DNA of 64,000 bases from Candidatus Poribacteria bacterium. GTDB lineage: Bacteria; Poribacteria; WGA-4E; WGA-3G. The position numbers and the translations under genes are program-made. Below the pieces are notes generated by a model. It was not told where the DNA came from and made no database searches. It saw only the letters and a program-made list of their open reading frames with translations. This document shows positions 19,674 to 29,556 of the stretch, piece after piece (position 1 is the first letter of the stretch; each line of letters opens with the position of its first letter). The DNA is taken from assembly GCA_965204285.1 (NCBI GenBank), contig OZ241980.1, positions 261,811 to 325,810 on the forward strand, given 5' to 3'.

Positions 19674-19779
19674 AGATAATCACGGTTCACCATGCAGAAA
19701 ATACCATTTCTAAGTGATTATATTGCATTATTTCGTAAGTCGGGTTTCGCTTGTGACACCCGACAAATGCCATACAGGA

Positions 19780-20073
19780 ATGCAGCAGCTAACGGCAGAA
19801 ATGTTTCAAATTATGCAAGAAGGAGTAAAAGAAGAGGACAAACCAGTCTTGACCTTCTTCATGAATTTAATGACAATGAGTAATAGATTAGTAAACGCAA
19901 ATGGTGAATTAGTTTTATCCGAATATGTAAAAATGGTGGATCAGATGGAAGCAGCGGGAATGGATGAAATATCAAAAGGTATACGTGGATGGGCACAGAA
20001 TGCTCTTGACAACGGATATGAAGTAATTAGAGTTGAGGAAGTACAGAGTCTAATGGCGCAAGGTGAAAATTAA
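19780..20073 (+). CDS. hypothetical small helical protein
   Basis: It is an ORF with protein-like composition. The start is uncertain; 19714 is a GTG alternative. Confidence 0.3.
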   Translation: MQQLTAEMFQIMQEGVKEEDKPVLTFFMNLMTMSNRLVNANGELVLSEYVKMVDQMEAAGMDEISKGIRGWAQNALDNGYEVIRVEEVQSLMAQGEN

Positions 20074-20126
20074 TTCCTTGTATCCCTTTGTTGTAGTAAA
20101 GCAAATATAATGAATTATAAAAATAT

Positions 20127-20280
20127 GTTGACATCTCTTCTGTAGGAGCGATCTCCGAATCGCGACTTTGACATCTCTTCTGTAGGAGCGATCTCCGAAT
20201 CGCGACTTTGACATCTCTTCTGTAGGAGCGATCTCCGAATCGCGACCCATTTGAGTCGTGAATCGGAGTTCCCTCCTACA
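20127..20280. repeat. tandem array of REP family 1: three direct 40-bp units plus one inverted arm
   Basis: The unit tttgacatctcttctgtaggagcgatctccgaatcgcgac occurs 3 times. It is followed by ccatttgagtc and then gtgaatcggagttccctcctaca. Confidence 0.85.
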
Positions 20281-20301
20281 ATATCTAAAGTATCAGAACC
20301 G

Positions 20302-21483
20302 TTAAACCACTTCCATCCATACCCCCGGCACAAACCCAGGATACTTCCCTTCACTGAACGCAGGATAATATTCACCCTCTCCACTAAAATCGTGGACAGT
20401 CTCTCCGCCATCCGCATTTGGAATATGTACTCTGCACGTATAATCAGTTTGGTGGAACAGCTGCTGCGGTGTCGGTGTTGAACTCTCAACGCGATATGTT
20501 GCCAATGCATCCTCATCCACAGAGACTCCCAGTCCCGGTGAATCTGGAACATGGATCGTCCCTTCAACTACTTCGAGTCGGTTCTCAAGTAAATCCGATT
20601 CCCACAACTCATGGCAGGTGATTGCTGGCAATTCGGCTTGCGATAGCACTGCACCGAGATGCACACAATGTGCTGTTGTAATGCCAGTGCCGACCATCTG
20701 AAGCCAGAACGGTTGCCCAAACGAGGCACAAAGTGCATTAGTCCGAAGTAGTGAGTTGACACTGCCTCCAACAACAAATCCGCCACAACAGCGCGCATGT
20801 AAACAGGATTCGTTGTAATGCTCTACAATACGTTTTTCAACAGCCTCCTGCAACCTTGCCGCGCCCTCAATATCTGTCCCAAGATAGAACGGACTTTCGT
20901 AGATAGCAACATTCGGATGTTCATCTAACTTCTGTAAAACAGGAATAGCGTTGTCCGCTGTCAGTAGGAAACCGTTGAAGTCAATGTCAAGTTTGTAATC
21001 CGCCGGTACCGCATTGCCAACTGCGTCAACTTGTGCGAAGATGTCTCGCCATGGTCTCGCTTTGAGTTTGGCAGATGTATAACCTCTTTTAACCGATTCC
21101 TGCACTTCCGCAACCCAATCCTCTGGCGGCATGTCGATATCCCACCATGAGATCGGACACTTTTCACGCACCTTTGGACCAATCAGTTCAGACACGGATA
21201 CACCCACCGTTTTACCAACAGCATCATAAAGCGACATCTGGATACCGAACCCGACACCATCATCGTGCATACACGCAAACGGATTTTTTCCTATCAACCG
21301 TTCAATATTACCCGATTCATCAGATAAATTTTCACCATACCCTATAATTCCGTTACTCAATTCTACGCGATAGACGTGAACCCTTTCGCCATGCGTTGCT
21401 GCTCGATGCATGTGTCGACTGACACGATCACAATAAAAAGGCACATTCAAGGGGATTGTTTCTATATGTTTGATGCTAAGCAT
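20302..21483 (-). CDS. enolase-superfamily enzyme (mandelate racemase / muconate lactonizing enzyme-like)
   Basis: KLDIDFNG, ESPF and other MR/MLE-like blocks are present. The RBS is TTAGGAGG. It has a C-terminal extension of about 60 aa. Confidence 0.6.
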   Translation of the reverse strand: MLSIKHIETIPLNVPFYCDRVSRHMHRAATHGERVHVYRVELSNGIIGYGENLSDESGNIERLIGKNPFACMHDDGVGFGIQMSLYDAVGKTVGVSVSELIGPKVREKCPISWWDIDMPPEDWVAEVQESVKRGYTSAKLKARPWRDIFAQVDAVGNAVPADYKLDIDFNGFLLTADNAIPVLQKLDEHPNVAIYESPFYLGTDIEGAARLQEAVEKRIVEHYNESCLHARCCGGFVVGGSVNSLLRTNALCASFGQPFWLQMVGTGITTAHCVHLGAVLSQAELPAITCHELWESDLLENRLEVVEGTIHVPDSPGLGVSVDEDALATYRVESSTPTPQQLFHQTDYTCRVHIPNADGGETVHDFSGEGEYYPAFSEGKYPGFVPGVWMEVV

Positions 21484-21769
21484 GTTGCCCTCCTAATCTA
21501 TGGGTTGTTGCGAATTGTAGCATATTCTATAAATTATCGGTTAAGAAATTTGAAGAAAACCGAAGAAAGTCACAACAAATAAAATGAGAAGTTGAATCAG
21601 TTTTACCGTAGAAACGATCTCCGAATCACAACGTATTCTCTGTAATATTACATAATCTTATGTTCTATATCAGTTGACATGCCTCCTATTTGTTGGTATA
21701 ATTTCAATCATACATCCAACATTAAAATACATTTATTTTCTAATATTTCTTGGAGGCGACAAACACATT

Positions 21770-22633
21770 ATGGCAAAAATTGAACCTTTTTTTGTTTCAA
21801 ATGGACTGTTAGATCAACCCGAAAAACTCCGTGAACGAGCACAACAGGATGGGTATCTCTATTTTCGTGGGTTAATTGATGAAGAATCCATTTATAACTT
21901 ACGTAGGGATTTTTTAGATATTTGTCATAAACACGGATGGGCGCAAGGTGGAGAAGCGTTGATGGACGGAATCCGTACAGGCGGACCTTTCATGGAAGGT
22001 GATGACGGATATTGGCCCGTATTAGACGAATTCCAATCTCTTGAATCATTCCACGCTTTTGCTCATCATCCTGCAATTTTGGATATGTGTGACAAATTGT
22101 TTGGTGAAAAAACGTTGGTCCATCCGCGAAATATCGGAAGAATTATGTTTCCAGAAAACACTAAATATACAACGCCAGCACACCAGGATTTTATCCATAT
22201 CCGAGGTACGGAAGATACCTATACTGGTTGGATTCCGCTGGGTGCATGTCCTGAACATTTGGGCGGCTTATCTGTATTATCTGGATCGCATCGGTCTGGA
22301 ATTTATCCGGTGAAGCCAGCGTTTGGCGCGGGCGGACTTGGGATTGACACGGCTCCCTTAGAAGCAGATGGACTACATTGGGTTGGCGGAGATTACGAAA
22401 TAGGTGATGCTATGTTCTTCCATAGCCATACCGTTCACAAAGCACTGCCGAACCAAAGTCCTAATAGGATTCGTTTGTCAGTGGATTACCGCTACCAAGG
22501 TTGCTCTCAACCTGTCACGGAAGGTTCACTCTTACCACATTTCAACAGAATGCCTTGGGATGAAATTTATAACGGATGGACATCTACACAATATCAGTAC
22601 TATTGGAACAATTTTGATCTCAATCGGGTGTAA
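21770..22633 (+). CDS. phytanoyl-CoA dioxygenase (PhyH) family Fe(II)/2OG oxygenase
   Basis: GGAGG RBS. It carries the H-x-D ... H pattern (HQDFIHIRG ... HSHTVH). A TATAAT lies upstream. Confidence 0.6.
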   Translation: MAKIEPFFVSNGLLDQPEKLRERAQQDGYLYFRGLIDEESIYNLRRDFLDICHKHGWAQGGEALMDGIRTGGPFMEGDDGYWPVLDEFQSLESFHAFAHHPAILDMCDKLFGEKTLVHPRNIGRIMFPENTKYTTPAHQDFIHIRGTEDTYTGWIPLGACPEHLGGLSVLSGSHRSGIYPVKPAFGAGGLGIDTAPLEADGLHWVGGDYEIGDAMFFHSHTVHKALPNQSPNRIRLSVDYRYQGCSQPVTEGSLLPHFNRMPWDEIYNGWTSTQYQYYWNNFDLNRV

Positions 22634-22636
22634 TCA

Positions 22637-23458
22637 TTGATGAAAACTGTGTTGATATTGCTACTGTTTATTGCTTCCTGTGTTACAGCAAGTTTGTTGT
22701 CTCAGGTGAATAATGAAACTAAAATTGTGAAAGTCCCTACTGGTATGGTGTTGATTCCCACAGGCGAATTTGAGATGGGAAGCAAAAAAGGTGACCGTGA
22801 CGAGAAACCTATACATACTGTGCATCTTGATGCGTATTACATAGATAAACATGAGGTTACAGTTGGAGAGTACAAAAAGTTCATCAATGCCACTGGACAT
22901 AGCGCACTACCAGATTCTGTTTTTCGATGTTCTCCTACCGACCAGCATCCAGTTGTCGGTGTAAGTTGGCACGATGCTATGGCTTACGCAAAGTGGGCAG
23001 GAAAACGTTTACCGACAGAAGCAGAATGGGAGAAAGCCGCACGAGGCGGTTTAATAGGGCAGAAATATCCGTGGGGAAATGAGATTGATAGCAATAAAGC
23101 GAACTACAACAAGAACACAAAATCTGGCACGCATGATGAGCAGACAACACCTATAAGAAAGTACTCTGCTAATACGTACGGATTATTTGATATGTCTGGT
23201 AATGTAGCGGAATGGTGTCTTGATGCATATCAGAAAAATTATTACGCAAATTCTCCTCAACGCAACCCTATCGCTGGAGCAGAAAACCTAAATCAGATTA
23301 TCAATAATTTCAAAGATGTAAAGACACGTCGTGTTGTCCGGGGCGGTTCGTGGAGTTTCAACGCAAAGAGTGTGCGTGTAGCAAACCGCATGGGTGAGAA
23401 ACCTTCGCTTTTGAGTAGTGATGTTGGATTTAGATGTATCCGAGATGTAAATCCTTAA
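22637..23458 (+). CDS. formylglycine-generating-enzyme (FGE / SUMF1) domain protein, secreted
   Basis: Signal peptide. Blocks PVVGVSWHDAMAYAKWAGKRLPTEAEWEKAARGG ... RVVRGGSWS ... RCIRD are typical of the FGE-sulfatase domain. Confidence 0.7.
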   Translation: MMKTVLILLLFIASCVTASLLSQVNNETKIVKVPTGMVLIPTGEFEMGSKKGDRDEKPIHTVHLDAYYIDKHEVTVGEYKKFINATGHSALPDSVFRCSPTDQHPVVGVSWHDAMAYAKWAGKRLPTEAEWEKAARGGLIGQKYPWGNEIDSNKANYNKNTKSGTHDEQTTPIRKYSANTYGLFDMSGNVAEWCLDAYQKNYYANSPQRNPIAGAENLNQIINNFKDVKTRRVVRGGSWSFNAKSVRVANRMGEKPSLLSSDVGFRCIRDVNP

Positions 23459-23541
23459 AATATGTTGACACTTCTTCTGTAGGAGCGATCTCCGAATCGC
23501 GATGGAACATAGAAATAGTCGGGAATCGGAGTTCCCGTCCG
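23458..23541. repeat. REP-like element family 1 (arm order X-Y)
   Basis: ttgacacttcttctgtaggagcgatctccgaatcgcgat - 14 nt - gtcgggaatcggagttcccgtcc. Confidence 0.8.
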
Positions 23542-23618
23542 TTAAATACCAAAAGCGCATTTGGCGTTGATTCACAAATCAAATGCAAGTTAATTGTAAA
23601 ATTCGCTATTAATACTTT

Positions 23619-24725
23619 TTGCTCCAGATTAGAAGGAATAAATCATTGATTAAACTAAAACACTTGGCACTTATCGGATGCTGTTTTCTCATCGTATTGT
23701 CCGCATCTGCAGAAAACTATACTGGTGATTTTTTAACAAATGGTATTGGGGCACGCGCCCTTGGACTTGGGGGGGCGTATGTTGGCATCGCTGACGATGC
23801 CACCGCTACCTATTGGAATCCCGCGGGAATAGCGGGCGTTCCTCAAAAGTATCAAGTCTGTATGATGCATGCCACACGTCGCTCTGGATTAGGAGCATTC
23901 AGTTATGTCAGCGGTATCGGGAAAATCTTACCACAACTGACACTCGGTCTCTCGTGGATTCGCGCTGGCATTGACGACATTCCGATCTATTACGATGTGC
24001 CAGCATTTGATCCGGATATTAGTGCAGATCAACGCAAAAACAATCCAAAATACCGACCACGAGAAGAAGACTTTATCCCTTCAGGTTATCTCAACGATAG
24101 TGAAAATGCTTTTGTGTTATCACTCGCAACGCGTGTTGCTATCAGTCAATCGTGGTGGGATAACTTCGGAAGAGATTCTATTCCGCCCGAATTTCTATTC
24201 GGTATAAATGTGAAAGGGATCTTTCAGAATTTCAACGGAGCAGGTGATCTTGACGAGTTTACTTCTGTGTTTTCGACTTATGGAAGCCGCGGATACGGTT
24301 TTGATGCAGGCATGCTCATTCGTCTCCCGGATATGAATGCACTTTTCGGTTTGGAAAATGCAGGTGGGTTTGCTTTTGGTATGAATCTCCAAGACATATC
24401 ACAAACGACTTTGACATGGAATACCGTGCCTGCTCTCAAAGAATCAATTCCAGCAAATTTCAATATAGGTCTTGCGTATTTCACGAAACTTTTTTTTAAT
24501 CGTGAATTAATTCTCTCCTATCAATGGCAAGAGCGTTACGGTGGACAAATACATCTCGGCGTAGAATATCAACTCAGTCCACCATTGGCACTACGAATTG
24601 GCTACCGTGATACTCGTTTGACAAGTGGTGTCGGTATTCAGCTCAAACAGTTTCGCCTTGACTATGCGCTTCTCATTGGCGATCTGGTTAGTACCCATTT
24701 TTTAAGTGTACTGTGGACTTTTTAA
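23619..24725 (+). CDS. PorV/PorQ-like outer-membrane beta-barrel protein
   Basis: Signal peptide followed by GARALGLGGAYVGIADDATATYWNPAGIA, characteristic of the PorV/PorQ/UPF0164-type family. The C-terminus ends in aromatic residues. Confidence 0.5.
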   Translation: MLQIRRNKSLIKLKHLALIGCCFLIVLSASAENYTGDFLTNGIGARALGLGGAYVGIADDATATYWNPAGIAGVPQKYQVCMMHATRRSGLGAFSYVSGIGKILPQLTLGLSWIRAGIDDIPIYYDVPAFDPDISADQRKNNPKYRPREEDFIPSGYLNDSENAFVLSLATRVAISQSWWDNFGRDSIPPEFLFGINVKGIFQNFNGAGDLDEFTSVFSTYGSRGYGFDAGMLIRLPDMNALFGLENAGGFAFGMNLQDISQTTLTWNTVPALKESIPANFNIGLAYFTKLFFNRELILSYQWQERYGGQIHLGVEYQLSPPLALRIGYRDTRLTSGVGIQLKQFRLDYALLIGDLVSTHFLSVLWTF

Positions 24726-25951
24726 TCAGATTTCGGGTTGGACAAATCTGGTTGACTTCTGAGGAATATCACCAGTGGGGACACCATCAACGGCACCGTT
24801 ACTAACCAATCCAGCACAATAGGTAATCCGTACTTATCAGCCAAAGCACCGACAATCAAATTTAGTAGTCCGCCCACACCCCACGATGCCCCCATCATAA
24901 AACTTGATGCGATGTTCTCATGCCCACGCAAAATAATCTGTGCTACTATAATGTTTAAGGTAATTGAACTGGATAGGACTACGTTACCCAAAAACAGAAA
25001 TACCAGAGAAGTGATACCCTGCGTGTGAAGTGCGACATAGAGCAGTGGCGGTGCAACAACAAGTGAGAACAACAGTAAAATAAGTGTATGTACACGACTT
25101 AACACCCATCCACTTCCCATAATACCCATAGAACCTGCAAAGATATAGAGCGCAACAACTAAAGAACGCATCTGATCTGAATAATTCAGATCATTTAAGT
25201 AGATGGAGAGAAAGTTCTCTAATCCTATCCCAGTGACCGTTCGAAACGAGGCAATAACAAACAGTACAATTAATGGGAACAGATGGGGTTGGACAACAAT
25301 CCAAAAGGATTCTCGTTGTGTCTTTCCTACATGTGATAGGACACGAGTAGACGCGGTCAGGTCAAGTCCATGTTCAAATTTCAATATGATAGGTACCGAT
25401 AACGCTACAAGAAAACCCGGTATCATTTCCCAAATTAAATGTCCGTATCCGAGACGGTATGGTATCAAAAGTAGTACTACCGGACCAATAGCGCGTCCGA
25501 TATTACCACCTGTAAGAAAAATAGAAATTCCCATACCTCTTGTTTCAGCTGCGAGTGCCCCTGCATAAGTGGTCGCTTGTGGGTGAAATGCTGCAACGCC
25601 AGTACCACCGATAGCTAATAACACAAGGGCAATAGTTGTTGAAGGAACAAGACTCACCAGTCCTAAACCGATTACCGTGAATGCAACTCCGAATGTAATG
25701 AAATGTATAGTCCTTACCCTATCCGACAACCATCCAAAGAAAACCTGTCCAAGAGAACTGAAAAGGCTATAGACTGAGATGAGAATACCCGCAAAACTAT
25801 TCCGCGTCGTTGCGGAAGCAAGGTTAGCTAATAAACGCGGTTGTAAATGTGGAAATAGGTTGGCGTAAGAATCAAGGACGGTATGTGTGAATGTGAGGAA
25901 GAAAAACTGGTTGCGTGTAGATGAATTCGTGGTTTTTTGATTTTTTTCCAT
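24722..25951 (-). CDS. MFS transporter
   Basis: About 12 predicted TM helices with MFS-like loops. The start Met was chosen at 25951; the ORF extends to 25999. Confidence 0.6.
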   Translation of the reverse strand: MEKNQKTTNSSTRNQFFFLTFTHTVLDSYANLFPHLQPRLLANLASATTRNSFAGILISVYSLFSSLGQVFFGWLSDRVRTIHFITFGVAFTVIGLGLVSLVPSTTIALVLLAIGGTGVAAFHPQATTYAGALAAETRGMGISIFLTGGNIGRAIGPVVLLLIPYRLGYGHLIWEMIPGFLVALSVPIILKFEHGLDLTASTRVLSHVGKTQRESFWIVVQPHLFPLIVLFVIASFRTVTGIGLENFLSIYLNDLNYSDQMRSLVVALYIFAGSMGIMGSGWVLSRVHTLILLLFSLVVAPPLLYVALHTQGITSLVFLFLGNVVLSSSITLNIIVAQIILRGHENIASSFMMGASWGVGGLLNLIVGALADKYGLPIVLDWLVTVPLMVSPLVIFLRSQPDLSNPKSD

Positions 25952-26007
25952 TCGATAAAATACTATTTGGTTTTTGAATATCTGGTGATTATAGCACAAT
26001 TCTTAAT

Positions 26008-27723
26008 TTACGTCTCAAGTTTTTTCAATTTCCTTCTATCACGCCAATACGCAAACTGCCGATAATAATACCTTATATTTTTCGGAATGTTCTTGAACTC
26101 TGGCACGAATTGGCACGTCCCACCGAGAACAACTAACTGCTCCTTTGCACGTGTCATAGCGACATAGAAAACACGCCGTTCTTCTTCAAGGATGGTATCC
26201 TTCCGGGGAAACCTCCGCTCCAACGTATTGTGAACGAGGATGACCTTTTCCCATTCTCGCCCTTTTGCTTTATGTATTGTTGTCACCTCTATTGGAGAAG
26301 ATAAGGATTCACTTGAAAGTATCTCCTCAATTCGGGCAACCTCATAGTTTGTTCTGACAAGGATTGCGGTCTCAACAGATTCAGATAAATTTTCCAATAG
26401 ACGTTTTGTTATCGTCTCAGGTGTCGTTTCTACTATATCCATTTCTTTTTTCATCGGATTATGGGAACGTAGGTTTTTCCGAATTCGAGGTCTGTTCCGT
26501 TCAATTATGGCTCTTGCATGCTCAACTATTGTTGACGTAGAACGATAATTACGTGTAATCTCATATTGAACGACATCTCGTTTGTTGGTGAATTTCTGCA
26601 TAATCTGGGAATCACCGCCGCGAAAGCTATAAATCGCTTGGTCATCGTCTCCTACCGCAAACAGATTTTCGGACAGTTGAGAAATAAGCCGAAAGTCAAT
26701 TGGTGCAATATCTTGGAATTCATCAACAAGCACATAAGGATATTTGTCTCTGTAGATTTGGCGGATATCTGGGTGGGTTTCTAACAGATTTGCTGCGTAA
26801 ATAATCATATCCTCAAAGTCAACAGCATTCGCGGTTGATTTCTGGTCTTCATATTTCTTTGCAAATTCGCGTGCAACAGGATTTTGTAATGTGTTTGGAT
26901 CAAAAAATCCAGTTTCAACCTGCCGTTTTGCACGCATAACTATCTCTTTTACGTCGTAAAAACGATCACGCAGATTTTCAAAATCGGGGTTTCTATCCAG
27001 ATGATCAGTATATTGTATGCTAAAATGTTGACAGAACATCTCAAGCATAACTTGATTGCTAAATTGTTCTCGCATCGGGTCTGCGCGGTTGAACACTTCG
27101 CCACAGTTTCTGTAATGTCTAATCCAGTATGCTTCACGTTGGTTTGCCTCTCTTCCTCCAACCTGTTCCAACACTTTAAAAGTGAACTGCGATTCTCCTT
27201 CAGCGCGAATGGCTTGTCGGAGTCTATCGTTTGAGGAGTGACTGAAGTGTTCACGCCGACGCCGTTCCGGATTTGTTGATTGTCCTATATAACACTTGCC
27301 TGTCAGTGTGTTCTCAATTTTATAGATAGAAACTGTACTTGTTGCGGCTGCCTGATCAATCTGACTCTTTTCTTTAGCAATGATTTTGTCTATCTCACCT
27401 GACCAAATTTCAGGATGGTGCTTGAATCCTGCCTGCTCGTAGTTTGCCGTGACAATATCTTTTCCAAAAGCATGAAGCGTCCGGATGACCGGCAAAGTGC
27501 CCTTTGACTTTAGTCCAAGCACAATCCGATTTTCCATTTCTTCAACCGCTTTTCTGTTGAATGCTATGGCGAGGATTTTAGAGGGAGGAATGTTGTGGCT
27601 TTGAATAAGTTTCAGAATACGTGCTGTTACCACTCTGGTTTTACCACTTCCTGGTCCAGCAATAACGATAGCGGGACCCACAAAGTGGTTAACAGCTTTC
27701 TCTTGGTTTTTGTCAAGATTCAT
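26008..27723 (-). CDS. UvrD/PcrA-type SF1 helicase with an embedded GIY-YIG nuclease domain
   Basis: Walker A (AGPGSGKT), motif Ia (ILAIAFNRKAVEEM), motif II (VLVDEFQD), motif IV (VGDDDQAIYSFRGGD) and motif V/VI (TIHKAKGREWEKVILV) are present. The GIY-YIG insert reads IYKIENTLTGKCYIGQSTNPERRRREH...AYWI, at about aa 131-215 (nt ~27078-27333). Confidence 0.7.
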   Translation of the reverse strand: MNLDKNQEKAVNHFVGPAIVIAGPGSGKTRVVTARILKLIQSHNIPPSKILAIAFNRKAVEEMENRIVLGLKSKGTLPVIRTLHAFGKDIVTANYEQAGFKHHPEIWSGEIDKIIAKEKSQIDQAAATSTVSIYKIENTLTGKCYIGQSTNPERRRREHFSHSSNDRLRQAIRAEGESQFTFKVLEQVGGREANQREAYWIRHYRNCGEVFNRADPMREQFSNQVMLEMFCQHFSIQYTDHLDRNPDFENLRDRFYDVKEIVMRAKRQVETGFFDPNTLQNPVAREFAKKYEDQKSTANAVDFEDMIIYAANLLETHPDIRQIYRDKYPYVLVDEFQDIAPIDFRLISQLSENLFAVGDDDQAIYSFRGGDSQIMQKFTNKRDVVQYEITRNYRSTSTIVEHARAIIERNRPRIRKNLRSHNPMKKEMDIVETTPETITKRLLENLSESVETAILVRTNYEVARIEEILSSESLSSPIEVTTIHKAKGREWEKVILVHNTLERRFPRKDTILEEERRVFYVAMTRAKEQLVVLGGTCQFVPEFKNIPKNIRYYYRQFAYWRDRRKLKKLET

Positions 27724-27905
27724 ATTTGATCGTAGGAAAGAATACTTATGCTTAGTATATCATTAGAGAGATGTGAAGTCAAAACGTTTGTAGCTTGAAT
27801 AAAATGGAAGTTGACTCCAACAAACCTAATATGATATAATATTCACATACAATTTAGGAGCAATCCAGAAACCTCCCGCACCTTGTTGATAGTTAAAAAC
27901 ACTTT

Positions 27906-28835
27906 ATGAATTACGTCTTTATTTATATTTTTATTATAACTTCCATCCTCATTTGTATACCCGTTGCAGCTGATAGTACAGACATCCACGAAAATGCTGG
28001 AACTCGTGCGATGACATTCCTCAAAATAGGTGTCGGTGCAAAGGCAATGGGAATGGGAGAGTCTCAAGTTGCTGCGACAGATGATCTTTACGCATCGTTT
28101 TGGAATCCCGCTGGTCTTGCAAGACTTCAAAAACCGCAACTTGCACTTATGCATAATGAATGGTTCGCTGGAATCAATCACGAGTTTGTGGGGTTTGCCC
28201 TTCCAATTGGAAATAATACTGTCGGTGCGAGTGCTAATTTCTTATCCTTTGGTGAATTACAGGGACGCGATCAGGAAGGAAATGAAACGACCCTTTTCCG
28301 TCCTTACGATTTAGCAGTTGTCCTCTCTTATGCGCGTAGTATCGGAAATACGTTGGCTTTTGGTGCAAATGCAAAATTCTTACGGGAACAGATCGCAGAC
28401 GATAGCGGCAGAGGGATTGCGTTTGATCTTGGTGGATTATATGCTTTTACAGATGTTCCGCTTTCACTTGGTTTTAACGCACAACATATCGGACCGCGAG
28501 TGAAGTACATTGAAGATGCGTTTGAACTTCCCTTCACTTTAAGATTAGGGACAGCATATCGATTTTGGAACGAGGCTGTCATCTTAACAATGGATTTCAT
28601 TCGTCCCACCGACAACGATAATTCCATTGGGATAGGTGGCGCTTACACAATAGGTAACGTATTGCAACTACGGACAGGTTATATATATAAACTCGGTGGA
28701 AACGATTTAGGGGCAATTTCTGGACTTAGAGGCGGTTTTGGACTGACCCTCCGAAAATTCCAAATTGATTATGCACTCGTCCCGTTCGGTGATTTGGGGA
28801 TAACACACCGATTTTCTTTGCTTGCGAATTTTTAG
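27906..28835 (+). CDS. PorV/PorQ-like outer-membrane beta-barrel protein (second copy)
   Basis: Signal peptide plus GTRAMTFLKIGVGAKAMGMGESQVAATDDLYASFWNPAGLA. It ends ...LLANF. Confidence 0.5.
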   Translation: MNYVFIYIFIITSILICIPVAADSTDIHENAGTRAMTFLKIGVGAKAMGMGESQVAATDDLYASFWNPAGLARLQKPQLALMHNEWFAGINHEFVGFALPIGNNTVGASANFLSFGELQGRDQEGNETTLFRPYDLAVVLSYARSIGNTLAFGANAKFLREQIADDSGRGIAFDLGGLYAFTDVPLSLGFNAQHIGPRVKYIEDAFELPFTLRLGTAYRFWNEAVILTMDFIRPTDNDNSIGIGGAYTIGNVLQLRTGYIYKLGGNDLGAISGLRGGFGLTLRKFQIDYALVPFGDLGITHRFSLLANF

Positions 28836-28857
28836 CAGATTCCAATTTACAGCAATG

Positions 28858-29556
28858 TTATTCAGCAGCAGCTTTAATAAATGCCTCAAATAGTTTCCGT
28901 CTGTGTTCACGAAATTCGTCAGTTTCCAGCATCCGTTCTGGATGATATTGCACACCTACCACAAACCGCTTTGATGGATCTTCCACTGCTTCAACAATAC
29001 CATCTGATGATCGGGCAGTTACCACAAATCCTTCCCCAATATTGTCTAATGCTTGATGATGCGCTGAGTTGACGAAGTCTTTACTTTTGCCTACAAGTTT
29101 GCTTAACAGACTGCAGGGTTCAATCTCAATTTCATGCAGGGAATCCTCACCACCTACCTTAGGATGCGTGAGTGCTTGCTGCGGATATTCAGACTCTATA
29201 TCTTGATATATGTCCCCGCCCATTGCAACATTCATGATCTGGATACCAAAACAAATCCCTATAGTAGGCGTATCCTTTTCAATCGCGTGCTTGAATATTG
29301 ACAACTCTAATTCATCACGATCCTCGTTAACATGCTTTAGTGTAGGATGCCATTCTTGATTGAAATTTTTTGGATCAAGGTCACCACCCCCCGGTAGTAA
29401 AAGCCCATCAATACCTGCGATAAATTCTTCAATAGATTGTTCGTCTTGGACCAAAAAGCGAACGACTCCTCCGTGCTGCTCAATTGCGTTTTTATAGTTC
29501 TCAAACTTATACTTTGCTGCAGAATCTACTGCAGGAATACCAATAATAGGTGCCAT
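28858..29556 (-). CDS. class I glutamine amidotransferase-like peptidase C26 (gamma-glutamyl hydrolase, PuuD-like)
   Basis: It has LLPGGGD, the GICFGIQ nucleophile elbow, HHQ and YHPE motifs. Confidence 0.6.
   Translation of the reverse strand: MAPIIGIPAVDSAAKYKFENYKNAIEQHGGVVRFLVQDEQSIEEFIAGIDGLLLPGGGDLDPKNFNQEWHPTLKHVNEDRDELELSIFKHAIEKDTPTIGICFGIQIMNVAMGGDIYQDIESEYPQQALTHPKVGGEDSLHEIEIEPCSLLSKLVGKSKDFVNSAHHQALDNIGEGFVVTARSSDGIVEAVEDPSKRFVVGVQYHPERMLETDEFREHRRKLFEAFIKAAAE

Noticed and set aside
20127-20280. Possible CRISPR array (regularly spaced identical 27-40 bp units)
   Set aside because: The units are contiguous and identical, with no unique spacers. The unit is one arm of the REP-like palindrome found at seven other sites. 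No cas genes are present.
20115-20567. 150-aa minus-strand ORF
   Set aside because: It runs through the tandem REP array and overlaps the 3' end of the enolase-family gene. The reading frame is generated by the repeat.
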